Shown here piece after piece: positions 50,609-63,276 of a DNA stretch of 64,000 nucleotides (position 1 is its first letter; each line of letters starts with the position of its first letter). This stretch comes from Octopus bimaculoides (taxonomy: Eukaryota). The stretch is taken from the NCBI RefSeq assembly GCF_001194135.2, contig NC_068981.1, forward strand, positions 33,712,316 to 33,776,315, given 5' to 3'. Made by a program: the position numbers and the translations under genes. A model generated the notes under the pieces. It was not told the origin of the DNA. It ran no database searches and saw nothing but the letters and a program-made list of their open reading frames with translations.

Positions 50609-51020
50609 CAACTCTTTCTACGACTGCATCCCCCTCTATCCATATGCCATTTTTGTTACCAACACTCACCTATTTCCAAGGAAGGTAATACTTCCCCACA
50701 ACCAGACATTTTCCAAGAAGATTATAACCAAAGGACACTAAATGTATGATTCCTATTTACATCTATTGTGACAAAGAGATACACACACACAGAGTTATAC
50801 ATACATATACATGACAAGCTTCTTTCAGTTTCCAAGTTAGTAGGGTGTATTTTGAGTGGGTTTTGTTGCTATTTCTAACAAGTTTAGTGACTGCAAAGAG
50901 GCTTCCTCATTGGTTAAGTAAGATTACTTTGGCTGTAGTGCATTGTCAGTAACAGCAAGATTCTCTGGTTTGTAGTCACTCCCATTTAGCTGTGATTATC
51001 TTCATCTAAGTAAATTAATA

Positions 51021-51060
51021 ATTAAAATACAATAAAAAGACACAATTCCACATTTTTATT
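51021..51060. terminator. Facing poly(A) signals: + ATTAAA 51021-26 and AATAAA 51031-36 (QTRT1); - AATAAA 51055-60 (WDR46)
   Basis: First canonical hexamers found downstream of each stop codon; usage not demonstrated. Confidence 0.5.
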
Positions 51061-51229
51061 TTTTTAAATATTTCTTTCTCCATTCTTTTTCCTTTTGCTC
51101 CATCATTTCCTCTTTGCGTGTTTTCCTTTTACTTTCTTCTTTGATGGCTTTCGTCTTTCTAATCACTTTATCAGTTTTCTTGCTATGTTTCGTGTTTTGC
51201 TTTAATTTGACAACAGATTTTCCTGGAGC
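51056..51229 (-). CDS. WDR46: WDR46 probable terminal exon (APGKSVVKLK...EWRKKYLKK*)
   Basis: Poly-T CCATTTCTAG acceptor; phase 0 is the only frame open across the exon; Lys/Glu-rich like WDR46 tails but homology is weaker. Confidence 0.75.
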   Translation of the reverse strand, partial: APGKSVVKLKQNTKHSKKTDKVIRKTKAIKEESKRKTRKEEMMEQKEKEWRKKYLKK

Positions 51230-51930
51230 CTAGAAATGGAAAAAAAAAAAAAATGCATATAATAGTAATAGTAATAATAATTTCTACACAGGCACAAAGT
51301 AGTGCCAACCGCAGCAGCAGCACCACCACCAACAACAGTAATAATATGTAATGAACTTATTGTATACAGTGCTCAGGTGCACTACAGCTCATTAGGAAAA
51401 GTAGCCAAGTATGTATGAAGAGAACAGAATAATGCACAGAAAGTGAACAATAAATGAGTCATTTAAGAAAGAAAAGAAGAGTGGGAGGGATCAGGTGTAC
51501 TGGTAGAAAATTTCAAGAATATAACTTTCTAGCTTTGGAAAGTGAGATCTCAGGAAATGGATGCAGTGCAGAATACTGTCTAGTTGGTTCAGCAAGAATT
51601 ATTCAGAAAGTCCTCAGTGCAAAGTAAAAACTTAAATAGAAGGAAGAATGCTTCTCAATGCTAAACCATGGGTTGTGGTCTTGTAGGAAGTATAATGAAA
51701 CTGGTTATATCATCAATACTACAATACCACAACAATTTAATCATCATGCATGGGTGGGAGCAGGTATGGCTTTGTGGTTAAGAAACTCGAAACCCAATTG
51801 TGTGGTTTCAGGTTCAGCCCCACTGCATCACAGCTGGGCAAGTGTCTTCTATTATATAGTCCTGGGCTGACTAAAACCTTGAGTGGATTTGATAAACAGA
51901 AACAGAAAGAAATCTGTTGTGTGTGAGTAG

Positions 51931-51963
<33 letters not shown>

Positions 51964-53872
51964 AGAATGAGAGATAGTAAAAAATACAATTATAATTAAG
52001 GGCATAGAAAAGACTATGCCTAAGCTGAAAATAGACACCAGTTCTGTAAAAGTGATAATTTTTAAGTGGTTTGATGATTTAGCATCTATTTTCAGCATAG
52101 GCATAGTCTCTTCTATGCTCTTAATTAGGTCTTAACTATGCTCTTAACTAGGTCTATATTATATGCTGGCCACTGATAAAATCTTTAACAGTTTTATCCT
52201 TTATTATTATTATCGGAATCATCATCATCATCATCATGATGACGGAAGTAAACAAAGGAATATATTTTGATTAAAAATACACTTTAATAAATACGTGATT
52301 AATAACTTGGACAGTGTTCCAATACCTAATACATTCTTCAAGTTTCAGAAAAATTCTCTTTTTCATATCACATTGATTTCTAATGTAAGCACAAAACCAC
52401 ACATTTCACCGGTGGCCAGAAGAGCGAAAAATAATGAGATCGCAGGATGATTAGAAATGCGAACATTAAAGGGACGTAACTGCAAACTATAAGGCATTTT
52501 GTGTAACACTCGATCTTGTCACTAACCACCCCTATATCTCCATATACCTAAAGCAAAACATAGTAGCCACAACTTGAGGGACAATTAAAAAGAAACAATA
52601 AGAACACACACTAACATATGGACAGATACATAGTGTGTGTGTGTAAGACATTTCATTTACAAGTATATCGTGACTAGATGGTTCAGAGACCAACTCACAA
52701 CCAGTGCATTGTGTCTATGATGACACAATAGTGACTGGAGGAAAATAGACCTGTCATGCCATTTCATTAAATTACATTACAGTAAATGTAATTTATTTTT
52801 CATACTTAAAAAAGCAATTATCTACCATATTTGATGGCATAAAAGACATGCAGGCATATTAGGTGCACTCCAATTTCAGCAGCACATCATTGCCGTTATC
52901 ATCGTTTAACGTCCGCTTTCCATGCTAGCATGAGTTGGACGACTTGACTGAGGACTGGTGAAACCGGATGGCAACACCAGGCTCCAATCTAAATTTGGCA
53001 GAGTTTCTACAGCTGGATGCCCTTCCTAACGCCAACCACTCAGAGAGTGTAGTAGGTGCTTTTATGTGTCACCTGCACGAAGGCCAATCAGGCGATACTG
53101 GCAACGGCCACGCTCGGAATGGTGTCCAAGGACAAAATTTGCTTAAGGGCAGCCAAACTTCACACAAAGGACTCTGGGTGATTTTTCTGAGACATTTTGT
53201 TGGAAAAAAAAAATGCAATCAAATATAATACCTTCACTTAAAATCAACTCTGATTTTCTTCCTTTATTTTTCAAAGATAGAATGATTGATTTGAAAATAA
53301 AAGCATAATTTATAAATGCTTGAAATCTTCCATGGTAGCTGTACCATTTGCAACCTGTATTGTATAAGATTGAGTTGGCAGAGATATATTTCAAAACATA
53401 AAACTGTGAGTGAAAACTACTAAACCCTGAAGCTAATCATCGTTTAATGGCCGCTTTCCATGCTAGCATGGGTTGGACGATTTGACTGAGGACTGGCAAG
53501 CCAGAAGGCTGCACCAGGCTCCAATCTGAGCTGGCAGAATTTCTACAGCTGGATACCCTTTCTAATGCCAACCACTCCAAGAGTGTAGTGGGTGCTTTTA
53601 CGTGCCACTGGCACGAGGGCCAGTCACACAGTACTGGCAATGGCCTCGCTCAAAAGGTGTTTTTTACGTGCTACCAGCGGCACTGGCAACAACCTCGCTC
53701 GAATGATTTTCTAACGTGCCGCCAGCACAAGTGCTAGAAGGCGACGCTGGTAACGATTACGCTCAAATGGTGCTATTTACGGGCTACTAGCACGGAAGCC
53801 AGACAGCTGCTCTGGCAAACAAAATTCATAAAAGTCAATCAAAATACGGTAATATATGAATAGCACACGTAC

Positions 53873-53974
53873 TCCAAAGGTTTGTTTATTTTTTTCTTCC
53901 ATGTTGCTAGAAATCCTTTCATAATTTGGTTGAAGTATCCTTCGATTATCCAGACTTATCATATCAGGTTGAAT
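53873..53974 (-). CDS. WDR46: WDR46 exon (IQPDMISLDNRRIL...KQTFG)
   Basis: CCATAG acceptor, GGA|GTACGT donor, 102 nt; continues the LL.K-I.P.MI.LD pattern. Confidence 0.9.
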
Positions 53975-54200
53975 CTATGGAAAACAAGACAAAAATATTT
54001 CAATATCATTTGTGGATAATTCAAATAATACATGAAAGGCTACTTCAGAGATGGTTAATTTAAGAATATAATGTCAAGAGTATAAAATTAAATTAATTAA
54101 AATTACTTGTAGTTTAAAAATAACATTCTTTGTATAGTAATGTCAAGATAAATATAAGAAAATAATTATTGAAAAATCAGATATTCTGGGAAATATTTAC

Positions 54201-54295
54201 CTTATCAAGCAACATTTTCACTTCTGTTTCTCGACGTTGTTCTTTGGATTGATATGGATTTGCTTCAAGAGCATCAAAACATGGCTCACCAGAAC
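54201..54295 (-). CDS. WDR46: WDR46 exon ([31 protein letters not shown]), BING4 C-terminal region
   Basis: TTTTAG acceptor, AAG|GTAAAT donor, 95 nt. Confidence 0.96.
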
Positions 54296-54334
54296 CTAAA
54301 AGAAACAAATGCACAGAATAGTGAGATATCATTT

Positions 54335-55060
54335 TAACTCTCTTTACTCTTTTACTTGTTTCAGTCATTTGACTGCAGCCATGCTGGAGCACCGCCTTTA
54401 GTCGAGCAAATCGACCCCAGGACTTATTCTTTGGAAGCCTAGTACTTATTCTATTGGTCTCTTTTGCTGAACCGCTATGTTACGGGGACATAAACACACC
54501 AGCATCTGTTGTGAAGTGATGGTGGGGGGACAAACACACACACACATATATATATATATATACACACACACACATATATATATCATCATCATCATCATCA
54601 TCGTTTAACGTCCGCTTTCCATGCTAGCATGGGNNNNNNNNNNNNNNNNNNNNNNNNNNNNNNNNNNNNNNNNNNNNNNNNNNNNNNNNNNNNNNNNNNN
54701 NNNNNNNNNNNNNNNNNNNNNNNNNNNNNNNNNNNNNNNNNNNNNNNNNNNNNNNNNNNNNNNNNNNNNNNNNNNNNNNNNNNNNNNNNNNNNNNNNNNN
54801 NNNNNNNNNNNNNNNNNNNNNNNNNNNNNNNNNNNNNNNNNNNNNNNNNNNNNNNNATATATATATATATATACACACACACACATATATACGATGGTCT
54901 TCTTTCAGTTTCCGTCTACCAAATCCACTCACTCACAAGGCTTTGGTCAGCCCGAGGCTATAGTAGAAGACACTTGCCCAAGGTGTCACGCAGTGGGACT
55001 GAACCCGGAACCATGTGGTTGGTAAGCAAGCTACTTACCACACAGCCACTCCTGCGCCTA
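54335..55060 (-). mobile_element. SINE family A interrupted in its internal microsatellite by an RTE-related repeat and a gap
   Basis: Head 54885-55060, 3' half 54335-54540, inserted (CAT)n...CATGCTAGCATGGG at 54585-54633, then N 54634-54856. Confidence 0.8.
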
Positions 55061-55254
55061 TTTAGTTTTCCATGCTTGTAGAGATCAGATGACAGTATGT
55101 TTTTTTTTTTAACGCTCTACGTCTTTAAAGGGATCCTGCCTGGATAAAATACTGCAGCCTAAAAGCGATGAGGTTTAAATTACAGAGCTGTTCCTTGCAA
55201 AAAAATATATTAAACTGTGTGCTAAATAAATTGATAATAGATGAATTTACTCAC

Positions 55255-55402
55255 CAGGAATAAGCAGACTCTGAAATCCTTTTTCATAGCCAACACCAAG
55301 TACATCTTCATAAGGACAGAATTTTGTACTGTGCACTCTTCCAGACAATTTATGAAATAAGTATGGACTGCTTACTGTTCGAGAACAGCAGTTATCAAAT
55401 AT
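55255..55402 (-). CDS. WDR46: WDR46 exon (IFDNCC...PYLFHKL...FCPYEDVLGVGYEKGFQSLLIPG)
   Basis: TTTTTAG acceptor, G|GTGAGT donor, 148 nt. Confidence 0.95.
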
Positions 55403-56046
55403 CTAAAAACACAATTTGAAGACATTAAACATATTGTATACCTTTACAAAACAATCATCATCATCGTTTAACGTCCGCCTTCTATGCTTGCATGGGTTGG
55501 ACGATTTGACTGAGGACTGGTGAACCAGATGGCTACACCAGGCTCCAATCTGATTTAGCAGAGTTTCTACAGCTGGATGCCCTTCCTAACGCCAACCACT
55601 CAGAGAGTGTAGTGGGTACTTTTACGTGGCACGAAGGCCAGTCAGGTGGTACTGGCAACGACCACGCTCAAAGTGGTGTATTTTATGTGCCACCTGCACA
55701 CGAGCCAGTCCGGCGGCACTGGCAACGATTAAAGAAATTTAAAAATTTAAAAAAATGCAGTTATCCATATTTGTTCAAGGTCTTTATGTTCTACAGGTTC
55801 TAAGTTCAAATCTTGTCATGACTCACATGAGTAGTAGACTTAATACATTGCACAGTTTAATATTAGACATAATGACCTGGCACCTTGGGTGCCTTTAGCA
55901 GAGACCAGTCTGTTGCAAGCATTGAAACCAGGTCTCTGGTTTGAGGATACCTTCCTCCTTCACACTAGTCTTGGAGGCCCTGAAAAAATGTCATGAGCAC
56001 TACCCACCCCCACCTCCCGATTTAAAAATAAAAACCACAACCTAAC

Positions 56047-56200
56047 CTGTACGACATTGCCAACGCCAGCTGCAAGCATATCACGTTGACTGAAAGACAA
56101 ACAATTGGCACCACTATCTATTCTGTAAGACTGTAACATTTGGTAGGTACGAAGATCCCATATTTTCATATGACTGTCATCTCCAGATGTAGCTAGGTAT
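56047..56200 (-). CDS. WDR46: WDR46 exon (YLATSGDDSHMKIWDLR...AAGVGNVVQ)
   Basis: Poly-T ATAG acceptor, CAG|GTTAGG donor, 154 nt; KIWD WD40 signature. Confidence 0.95.
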
Positions 56201-57678
56201 CTATAAAAAAAAAATGATTATTTTGTAAATATACATTTTTAAAAAAATACTTTAAGGAAATAAATGATAGAAAATTTTTCAAAGATATATAAATTAATTA
56301 ATTTATCAGTGAAAGGTAAGAATTATTGTGGGTGAATAGGGATGTGAAAGAATATCATAGCAATAATTAATTAGTCCACCACAATGTCCTGTCTTTGTGA
56401 TGTGGTGGCTTGACTGCCTCAATGACCCTGGGAATTATGCTGGCAGAGAATAAGCTTCAGATAGGAACTCCTATGCTGGACAGATCAAAGGACAGGCCAG
56501 ACGAATATGGACCACTTTTTCTAAGAGTTAAAAATGGGTTTGCTTAAGACCAACAACCCTAACTAAAAAAAAGTAAAGTTACAGAAGAACTGATGACAAT
56601 TCTAAACCATCAAGATCTGGGAGAAAGACAGCCCAGAGTTGAAAACAATAAAGAAATGTGGTCGATGGGCTATAATTCATAGGGAGTAAAGGGCTTAGGT
56701 GAAGTGAAAGCTATTAGTGAATGATACTTTAATCCTTTACAGAAAGTGTGTTACAAAACTGCCATGTATATAATTAACAAAAAATAAAGGAAATTAAATT
56801 CAGAAGTGTATATATAACTAAGATAGAAAGAATGTTTGCATCACACTGTTTATATTTCACTTACTACACAACTTTACATTATCAGTGAGGTAAAAAAAAA
56901 ATGTAGTGAAGAAAGTTAATGACATTTGAAACTAATTAACATTTTGGGACTTAAGAAGTTTATTACTGTTCTTATTATTTTAATATATCGCCATTGTCCG
57001 GAAATCTTTTGTCATGCATCTATGACCACTTCAGCAACACTTTTCATTTCTGTGTGTGTTCTTGCTTCACTTACTCCATTGAGTAAGTCGCTGAAGGGGG
57101 TCACAGGTGTGTGACGAAAGATTTCCAGACAATAGACAGATGTTAAAATAATATGAACAGTAATAAACGAGACTTAAAAAGTGATATAAGGAAAATCAGT
57201 CAGATAAAAAAATGACTTGAAAATACTGACGAGAATAGTCATAAATTAGTTATCACAGTTAAGATATGACACTAGAAAGTAATAAAATGTTCAAGTTGTT
57301 GTAAAATCAGTACAAAGAGGAATATTCAGAGCAATGGTTTTAATATCCAGGCCAGATCCAAAACCTGGATTTTTTTTTAGGGGCCACCCCAAAAATAGAA
57401 AACAAAAGACAAATAAAGAAGAATTTATATTTATAGAGGGAAGACCATTGGGATCTGCTAGAAGGATGCTTGAGGGCTGCATGTGACCCTGGGAACCACT
57501 GTCGAGAACTGCTGATTTAGAGACTAGACAGCTAAGTTGGGTTAATAATTTGAACGATAAACTTATGAATTATACAGGTTCAAACATAGGCTGCGTGGTT
57601 AAGATGTTCACTCTGCAACCATGTGGTTCTTGGTTTGACCCCACTGACTGGAACTTTGGGTAAGTATTATGATTACAA

Positions 57679-57852
57679 GTAAGTTCACCGGCATCAATTC
57701 ACCATGAACTTTAGAGTTTGAAAATAAGGATTTTTTAATTCTTTCACTGTGAACTTATCTCTCTGTAAACTTTCGTTACAGCAAACTTTCCTCACAGTGA
57801 TCATTTCTTATGGTGAACTTACCCTGCAGTGAACTGATGATGGTGAACTTAC
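57679..57852. mobile_element. 174-bp MITE-like element with 24-bp TIRs, apparently inside a SINE copy
   Basis: GTAAGTTCACCGGCATCAATTCAC / GTGAACTGATGATGGTGAACTTAC; no clear TSD. Confidence 0.65.
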
Positions 57853-58904
57853 ATGAAGTTTTATAGTCCTGACTTGAACAATTTGCATTGAAAGTGGAAT
57901 TTATCAGAAACTGTATGGAAGCCCATTGTATATTTATCAAACTTATTCTAGCATGGGTTTGACAAATGAATGTTAACCCTTTAACATTCAGATTGCTCTG
58001 TCAAATGTAATACTTATTTATTCACATTGTTTTGAATTAATCCCAAATTACCTTGTAGCTTTCAGATTTCAATGCTGTTATTGTATATTTTTAGAATGAC
58101 ATTGTAGGATATGTGTAAGATGTCAGATCTTGACATTTTGAACATAAAACAGGGAAAATATTTGGGCTGGATATCATCATCATCATCGTTTAACATCCGC
58201 GTTCCATGCTAGCATGGGTTGGACGATTTGACTGAGGACTGGTGAAACCAGATGGCTACACCAGGCTCCAATCTGATTTGGCAGAGTTTCTACAGCTGGA
58301 TGCCCTTCCTAACACCAACCACTCAGAGAGTGTAGTGGGTGCTTTTACATGCCACCGGCATGAAGGCCAGTCAGGCGGTACTGGCAACGGCCACGCTCAA
58401 AATGGTGTATTTTATGTGCCACCCGCACAAGAGCCAGTCCAGGGGCACTGGCAACGATCTCGCTCGAAAATCCTTACACAAGCCACAGGCACAAGTGCTA
58501 GAAAGGCGACGCTGGGCACAGGTGCCATCCCGATTTCGCTTTCCCCAATAAGTCTTTGCAAGCTGAGTTTCGTGTCCAATGAAGGGGACGACGTTGGCAT
58601 GGGTGCCAGTCGTTGAATTTAGTTCGGTTGGCTTTCTTTTGGATTATGGTCCAAGATTTATGTGTCTAGCGGCAGTGTCATCACAGACATAAGAGTAGGA
58701 CTATTGTGTGTCTAACTTGAGCTTTAAAGAGGATCAGTAACTGATTGGAGATGAAGAAGCAGGCTAGTCTTTGGCAAACACCTTAATTACTTATGTATGT
58801 GGGAGTATGCCAGGAAAGTTCAGAGAAACTATGTTATGTGTCTTTTCAAAAGAGAAGTACTTTTAGCACAATAAAGTGTAATAGGATTTTAAAAAGATAC
58901 TTAC

Positions 58905-59004
58905 AAACCCTGTTGGTCCACAGCTATTGACCGTACATTAGATTTATGGCACAACATTTTGACTAAATAATCTTTTGCATTAGGTGACCACAGTGTTACA
59001 GTTC
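58905..59004 (-). CDS. WDR46: WDR46 exon (TVTLWSPNAKDYLVKMLCHKSNVRSIAVDQQG)
   Basis: TGCAG acceptor, TT|GTAAGT donor, 100 nt; WD40-repeat pattern. Confidence 0.95.
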
Positions 59005-59841
59005 CTGCAAGATTAATGTGAATCACAAAACAAGAATTAAAACATAGGAACACAAATTGAAAATGTAGCATGAAAAGTGGATAAATACACTTTCTATTGT
59101 TAATTATGCAAGTATAAAGTCAGTCAGAATCTGATGTCAGCCAAGCAGAAGTTATTTATGAAAGGTCAGAATACTATTGCTCTTGTATGATTTGAACTCA
59201 TGATCCATGAGGTCAGTAAGCTAAAAAGTGCCTCATCATCAAAATCAGGTCATGACTGGAAAGAGTTAGCATAAATAAGGGGCTATTTAAATTTTTCACA
59301 AATGACTAAATGTCTTTCTTTCTCTGTTACCAAATCAACCAATGACCCTGGTGGATTCTCAAGTGCTTTGTGTTTGTCATGGAACTTTCTAGAATAGAAA
59401 GAGTGGTATTTTTTATCGGGCACCATCTTGGCAGCTAGCTATAGAGAAATTTTTCACAATTGTTGGGACTCAGAGAGTAAAGAGCTAGAAATAGCATAAA
59501 GCATTTTGTTTGATGCTCTAACAATTCTGTCAGTCCATTGCTCTGGCCTGGTACTTGACCTTTCAGGGTCATTAAAATAAAATCAACCTGCATGGCGTCA
59601 ATGTGTCTACTTTCATATTATTAGCTATGTTACATTGTTGATGACTAGATCTTTGGGTCCTCACACATCACATTTATGGCAAATAAATTCAGTTCACTGC
59701 TTCCAAACCAAAACTACTGTTTTCCAGTAATTTTGCAAACACACAGGCAAAGACGAGTGATTACAATACCCTGCTTTCACTTATGTGTGCAAGGTAATTT
59801 AAAAAAAAAAAAAAAAGGGACTAAATAGTTTGAGCCCTTAC

Positions 59842-59977
59842 CATTTGAATGTCCGAGGTGTATAATAGCATTAGATGGATTCTGACACATAACATTTAAA
59901 CGGCCCATATTAGTTCTGACAGCTGAAACTTTACTACCAATGGAGGTGTCCAGGTAGGACAAAAATCCTCTTGAATT
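59842..59977 (-). CDS. WDR46: WDR46 exon ([14 protein letters not shown]...[11 protein letters not shown])
   Basis: TTTTCCAG acceptor, G|GTAAGG donor, 136 nt. Confidence 0.95.
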
Positions 59978-61789
59978 CTGGAAAACAATAGAGATACACA
60001 CTAAGTTATAGCAATGTATTAAATGTTGGAAAATTGTGTGTATGCTGAAAAGATGCTTACACATGTTGCAGTCACATTATATCATCCATTCATTTGAATC
60101 ATCATCATTTGATGCTCACTTTTCCATGTTTGCATGGGTCAGATAGAATTTGTGGCAGACTTTCTATGACAGGATGCCCTACCTGTTGTGAAACCCCACT
60201 TGTTTCCAGGCAAGGTAATATTTCTTCATAGCCAGACTTGTTTTTCGTAGAAGATTGGAAATGAATACTGCTTGTATGACAGTGAAGCTCATTTACAACC
60301 ATTATATGATGTCAAAACACACACACACACGATGGGCTTCTTCCAATCTCTGTCAACTAAATCCACTCACAAGACTTTGGTTGGCACAGAGCCATAGTAG
60401 AAGACATATGAATGAATGATGTAATGTTAGGTGAAGTCCAGGTTATATAGAAGATGGTCTTAAAAACCAGTCATAAAAAACCATACCAAAAACACGCACA
60501 CCACATCAAAGTTTGAGGAATTTCTGTGTGCATCAGATGATGAAGGATTGAGAAGCTGAGACTGTCCAAACCACACTAGTATGGAAAAACAGGTGTTAAG
60601 TGATGATGATGATGATAATGAATTAAGTGTTGTGAGGTAATGTGAGCCTATGAGGAATGATGAAGAAAAGTGGAGTGGGAACAAGACCGAGAACAAAAGA
60701 AAAACTAAAGGCAGATAGTGTATAGAGCAGACAGAATAATAGTAATCTCAGAAAGAGTAGAAACAAAACTGAACTAGATAAGATATTAGTAAGCTGGATC
60801 ACATAGTGACACACATAAATATGCTATTCTGTAGTTCTGTCCAAACAATGCCAACATGAAGGTAGTCCTAGATACACTATGTCTGGATAAAAGGCATGAG
60901 GGTCATGACTATCTTCATTACAGTTTGTTTAACGTCCACTTTCCATGCTAGCATGGGTTGGACGATTTGACTGAGGACTGGCAAGCCAGAAGGCTGCACC
61001 AGGCTCCAATCTGATCTGGCAGAGTTTATACAGCTGGATGCCCTTCCTCATGCCAACCACTCCAAGAGTGTAGTGGGTGCTTTTACCTGCCACCGACACG
61101 AGAGCCAGTGATACGGTACTGGCAACGGCCACGCTCAAAAAGGTGTTTTTTACGTGCCACCTGCACGGGAGCCAGTCCAGCGGCACTGGCAATGACTTCG
61201 CACAAATGATTTTCTAACATGCCACCAGCACAAGTGCTAGAAGGCAACGCTGGTGACAATTACTGTAATTAGAAAATTGAGTAATGGGGTCTAAACATCC
61301 TTTATCCAGTAGGTCAGTACTTTGTCAATTACAACCCTTATTTACTACACAAATACTACACTGATATTAGTTTAGGACAAACACTATGTTAGTGGTAGCT
61401 GAATAGTTCAGTGAGATGCTGTACAATTTGATTTAAATGTATGCACTTAAAACCTTCCATTAGAAAACTGATAAGCTCTGAAAACAAAATAACTTCAAAG
61501 CCATATAAACATCCAGAGTTTGATGGTATATACAACTAATCACATGAACTGCTAATGTAATATTATAACCATCATCAACATTATTACCCTTTAAATGTCT
61601 ATACTTCTATGCTGGCATAGGTTATCAGAAACTGCAGTTGACTTTGTCCTTGATTTTCTTTGGTGTTCCTTACTGGATTTTCTTTGGTGTTAATTTCTTA
61701 TAAGCTATTTTTGTGGATACCATTTTATATTCTTGCCCCCACAAATAGCACCCTGACATTTTCACAATTTAAAATAAGGCTATTTTATT

Positions 61790-63125
61790 TCCAAGGAGTA
61801 GGATGTAGAAAAGGAGTAGGATGTAGAAAAGGAGTAGGTAGTAACTCTATAAGATGTACCCGGTGCAAGCTATGGACACATAAGAGGTGCAGCAACATCA
61901 AAGGCAGGTTAACTAGCAAGTTAGTTTTTGTTTGTGGCAGATGTTCAGGTGCAATAAAGACTGCAAACAAACAGGAAACAACTTCTATCTCATTCCAGGG
62001 TGAAAAACTAGAGGTAGTCGATAGCNNNNNNNNNNNNNNNNNNNNNNNNNNNNNNNNNNNNNNNNNNNNNNNNNNNNNNNNNNNNNNNNNNNNNNNNNNN
62101 NNNNNNNNNNNNNNNNNNNNNNNNNNNNNNNNNNNNNNNNNNNNNNNNNNNNNNNNNNNNNNNNNNNNNNNNNNNNNNNNNNNNNNNNNNNNNNNNNNNN
62201 NNNNNNNNNNNNNNNNNNNNNNNNNNNNNNNNNNNNNNNNNNNNNNNNNNNNNNNNNNNNNNNNNNNNNNNNNNNNNNNNNNNNNNNNNNNNNNNNNNNN
62301 NNNNNNNNNNNNNNNNNNNNNNNNNNNNNNNNNNNNNNNNNNNNNNNNNNNNNNNNNNNNNNNNNNNNNNNNNNNNNNNNNNNNNNNNNNNNNNNNNNNN
62401 NNNNNNNNNNNNNNNNNNNNNNNNNNNNNNNNNNNNNNNNNNNNNNNNNNNNNNNNNNNNNNNNNNNNNNNNNNNNNNNNNNNNNNNNNNNNNNNNNNNN
62501 NNNNNNNNNNNNNNNNNNNNNNNNNNNNNNNNNNNNNNNNNNNNNNNNNNNNNNNNNNNNNNNNNNNNNNNNNNNNNNNNNNNNNNNNNNNNNNNNNNNN
62601 NNNNNNNNNNNNNNNNNNNNNNNNNNNNNNNNNNNNNNNNNNNNNNNNNNNNNNNNNNNNNNNNNNNNNNNNNNNNNNNNNNNNNNNNNNNNNNNNNNNN
62701 NNNNNNNNNNNNNNNNNNNNNNNNNNNNNNNNNNNNNNNNNNNNNNNNNNNNNNNNNNNNNNNNNNNNNNNNNNNNNNNNNNNNNNNNNNNNNNNNNNNN
62801 NNNNNNNNNNNNNNNNNNNNNNNNNGCCAGTACCGCCTGACTGGCTCCTGTAGGATTTTCGAGCGAGATCGTTGCCAGTGCCCCTGGACTGGCTTGTGCG
62901 GGTGGCACATAAAAGACACCATTTCAAGCGTGGCCGTTTTCGTGCGGGTGACACGTAAAAGCACCCACTACACTCTCTGAGTGGTTGGCGTTAGGAAGGG
63001 CATCCAGCTGTAGAAACTCTGCCAAATCAGACTGGAGCCTGGTGTTGCCATCCGGTTTCAGTCAAATCGTCCAACCCATGCTAGCATGGAAAGCGGACGT
63101 TAAACGATGATGATGATGATGATGA
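61790..63125 (+). mobile_element. RTE-clade LINE 3' part (Cys/His finger, gap, 3' end with (GAT)n tail)
   Basis: CRKGVGSNSIRCTRCKLWTHKRC...CGRC...LEVVDS at 61800-62025; N 62026-62825; family 3' end 62826-63125. Linkage across the gap is inferred. Confidence 0.75.
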
Positions 63126-63276
63126 TTTCATTTTTAAAAGCCAGCATATCTCACCAGAAAAAATTTATTTTACAAAAGTATCTTAAATGCACAGGTAGAA
63201 TTTGTTTTTTATTACAAAGGAAAATAATTCTTTACATACTTTTAGATATTTCATAAAGTCAATAAAGTATACTTAC

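Noticed and set aside
53143-53394. ORF with KNKGRKS resembling the WDR46 KGRS tail
   Set aside because: No usable acceptor upstream; the 51229 exon joins in phase without it
59166-59240. Possible box C/D snoRNA on - in a WDR46 intron (TGATGA...CTGA)
   Set aside because: No terminal stem or recognisable rRNA guide; interior looks like a decayed tRNA-SINE head; a snoscan/Infernal search would be needed
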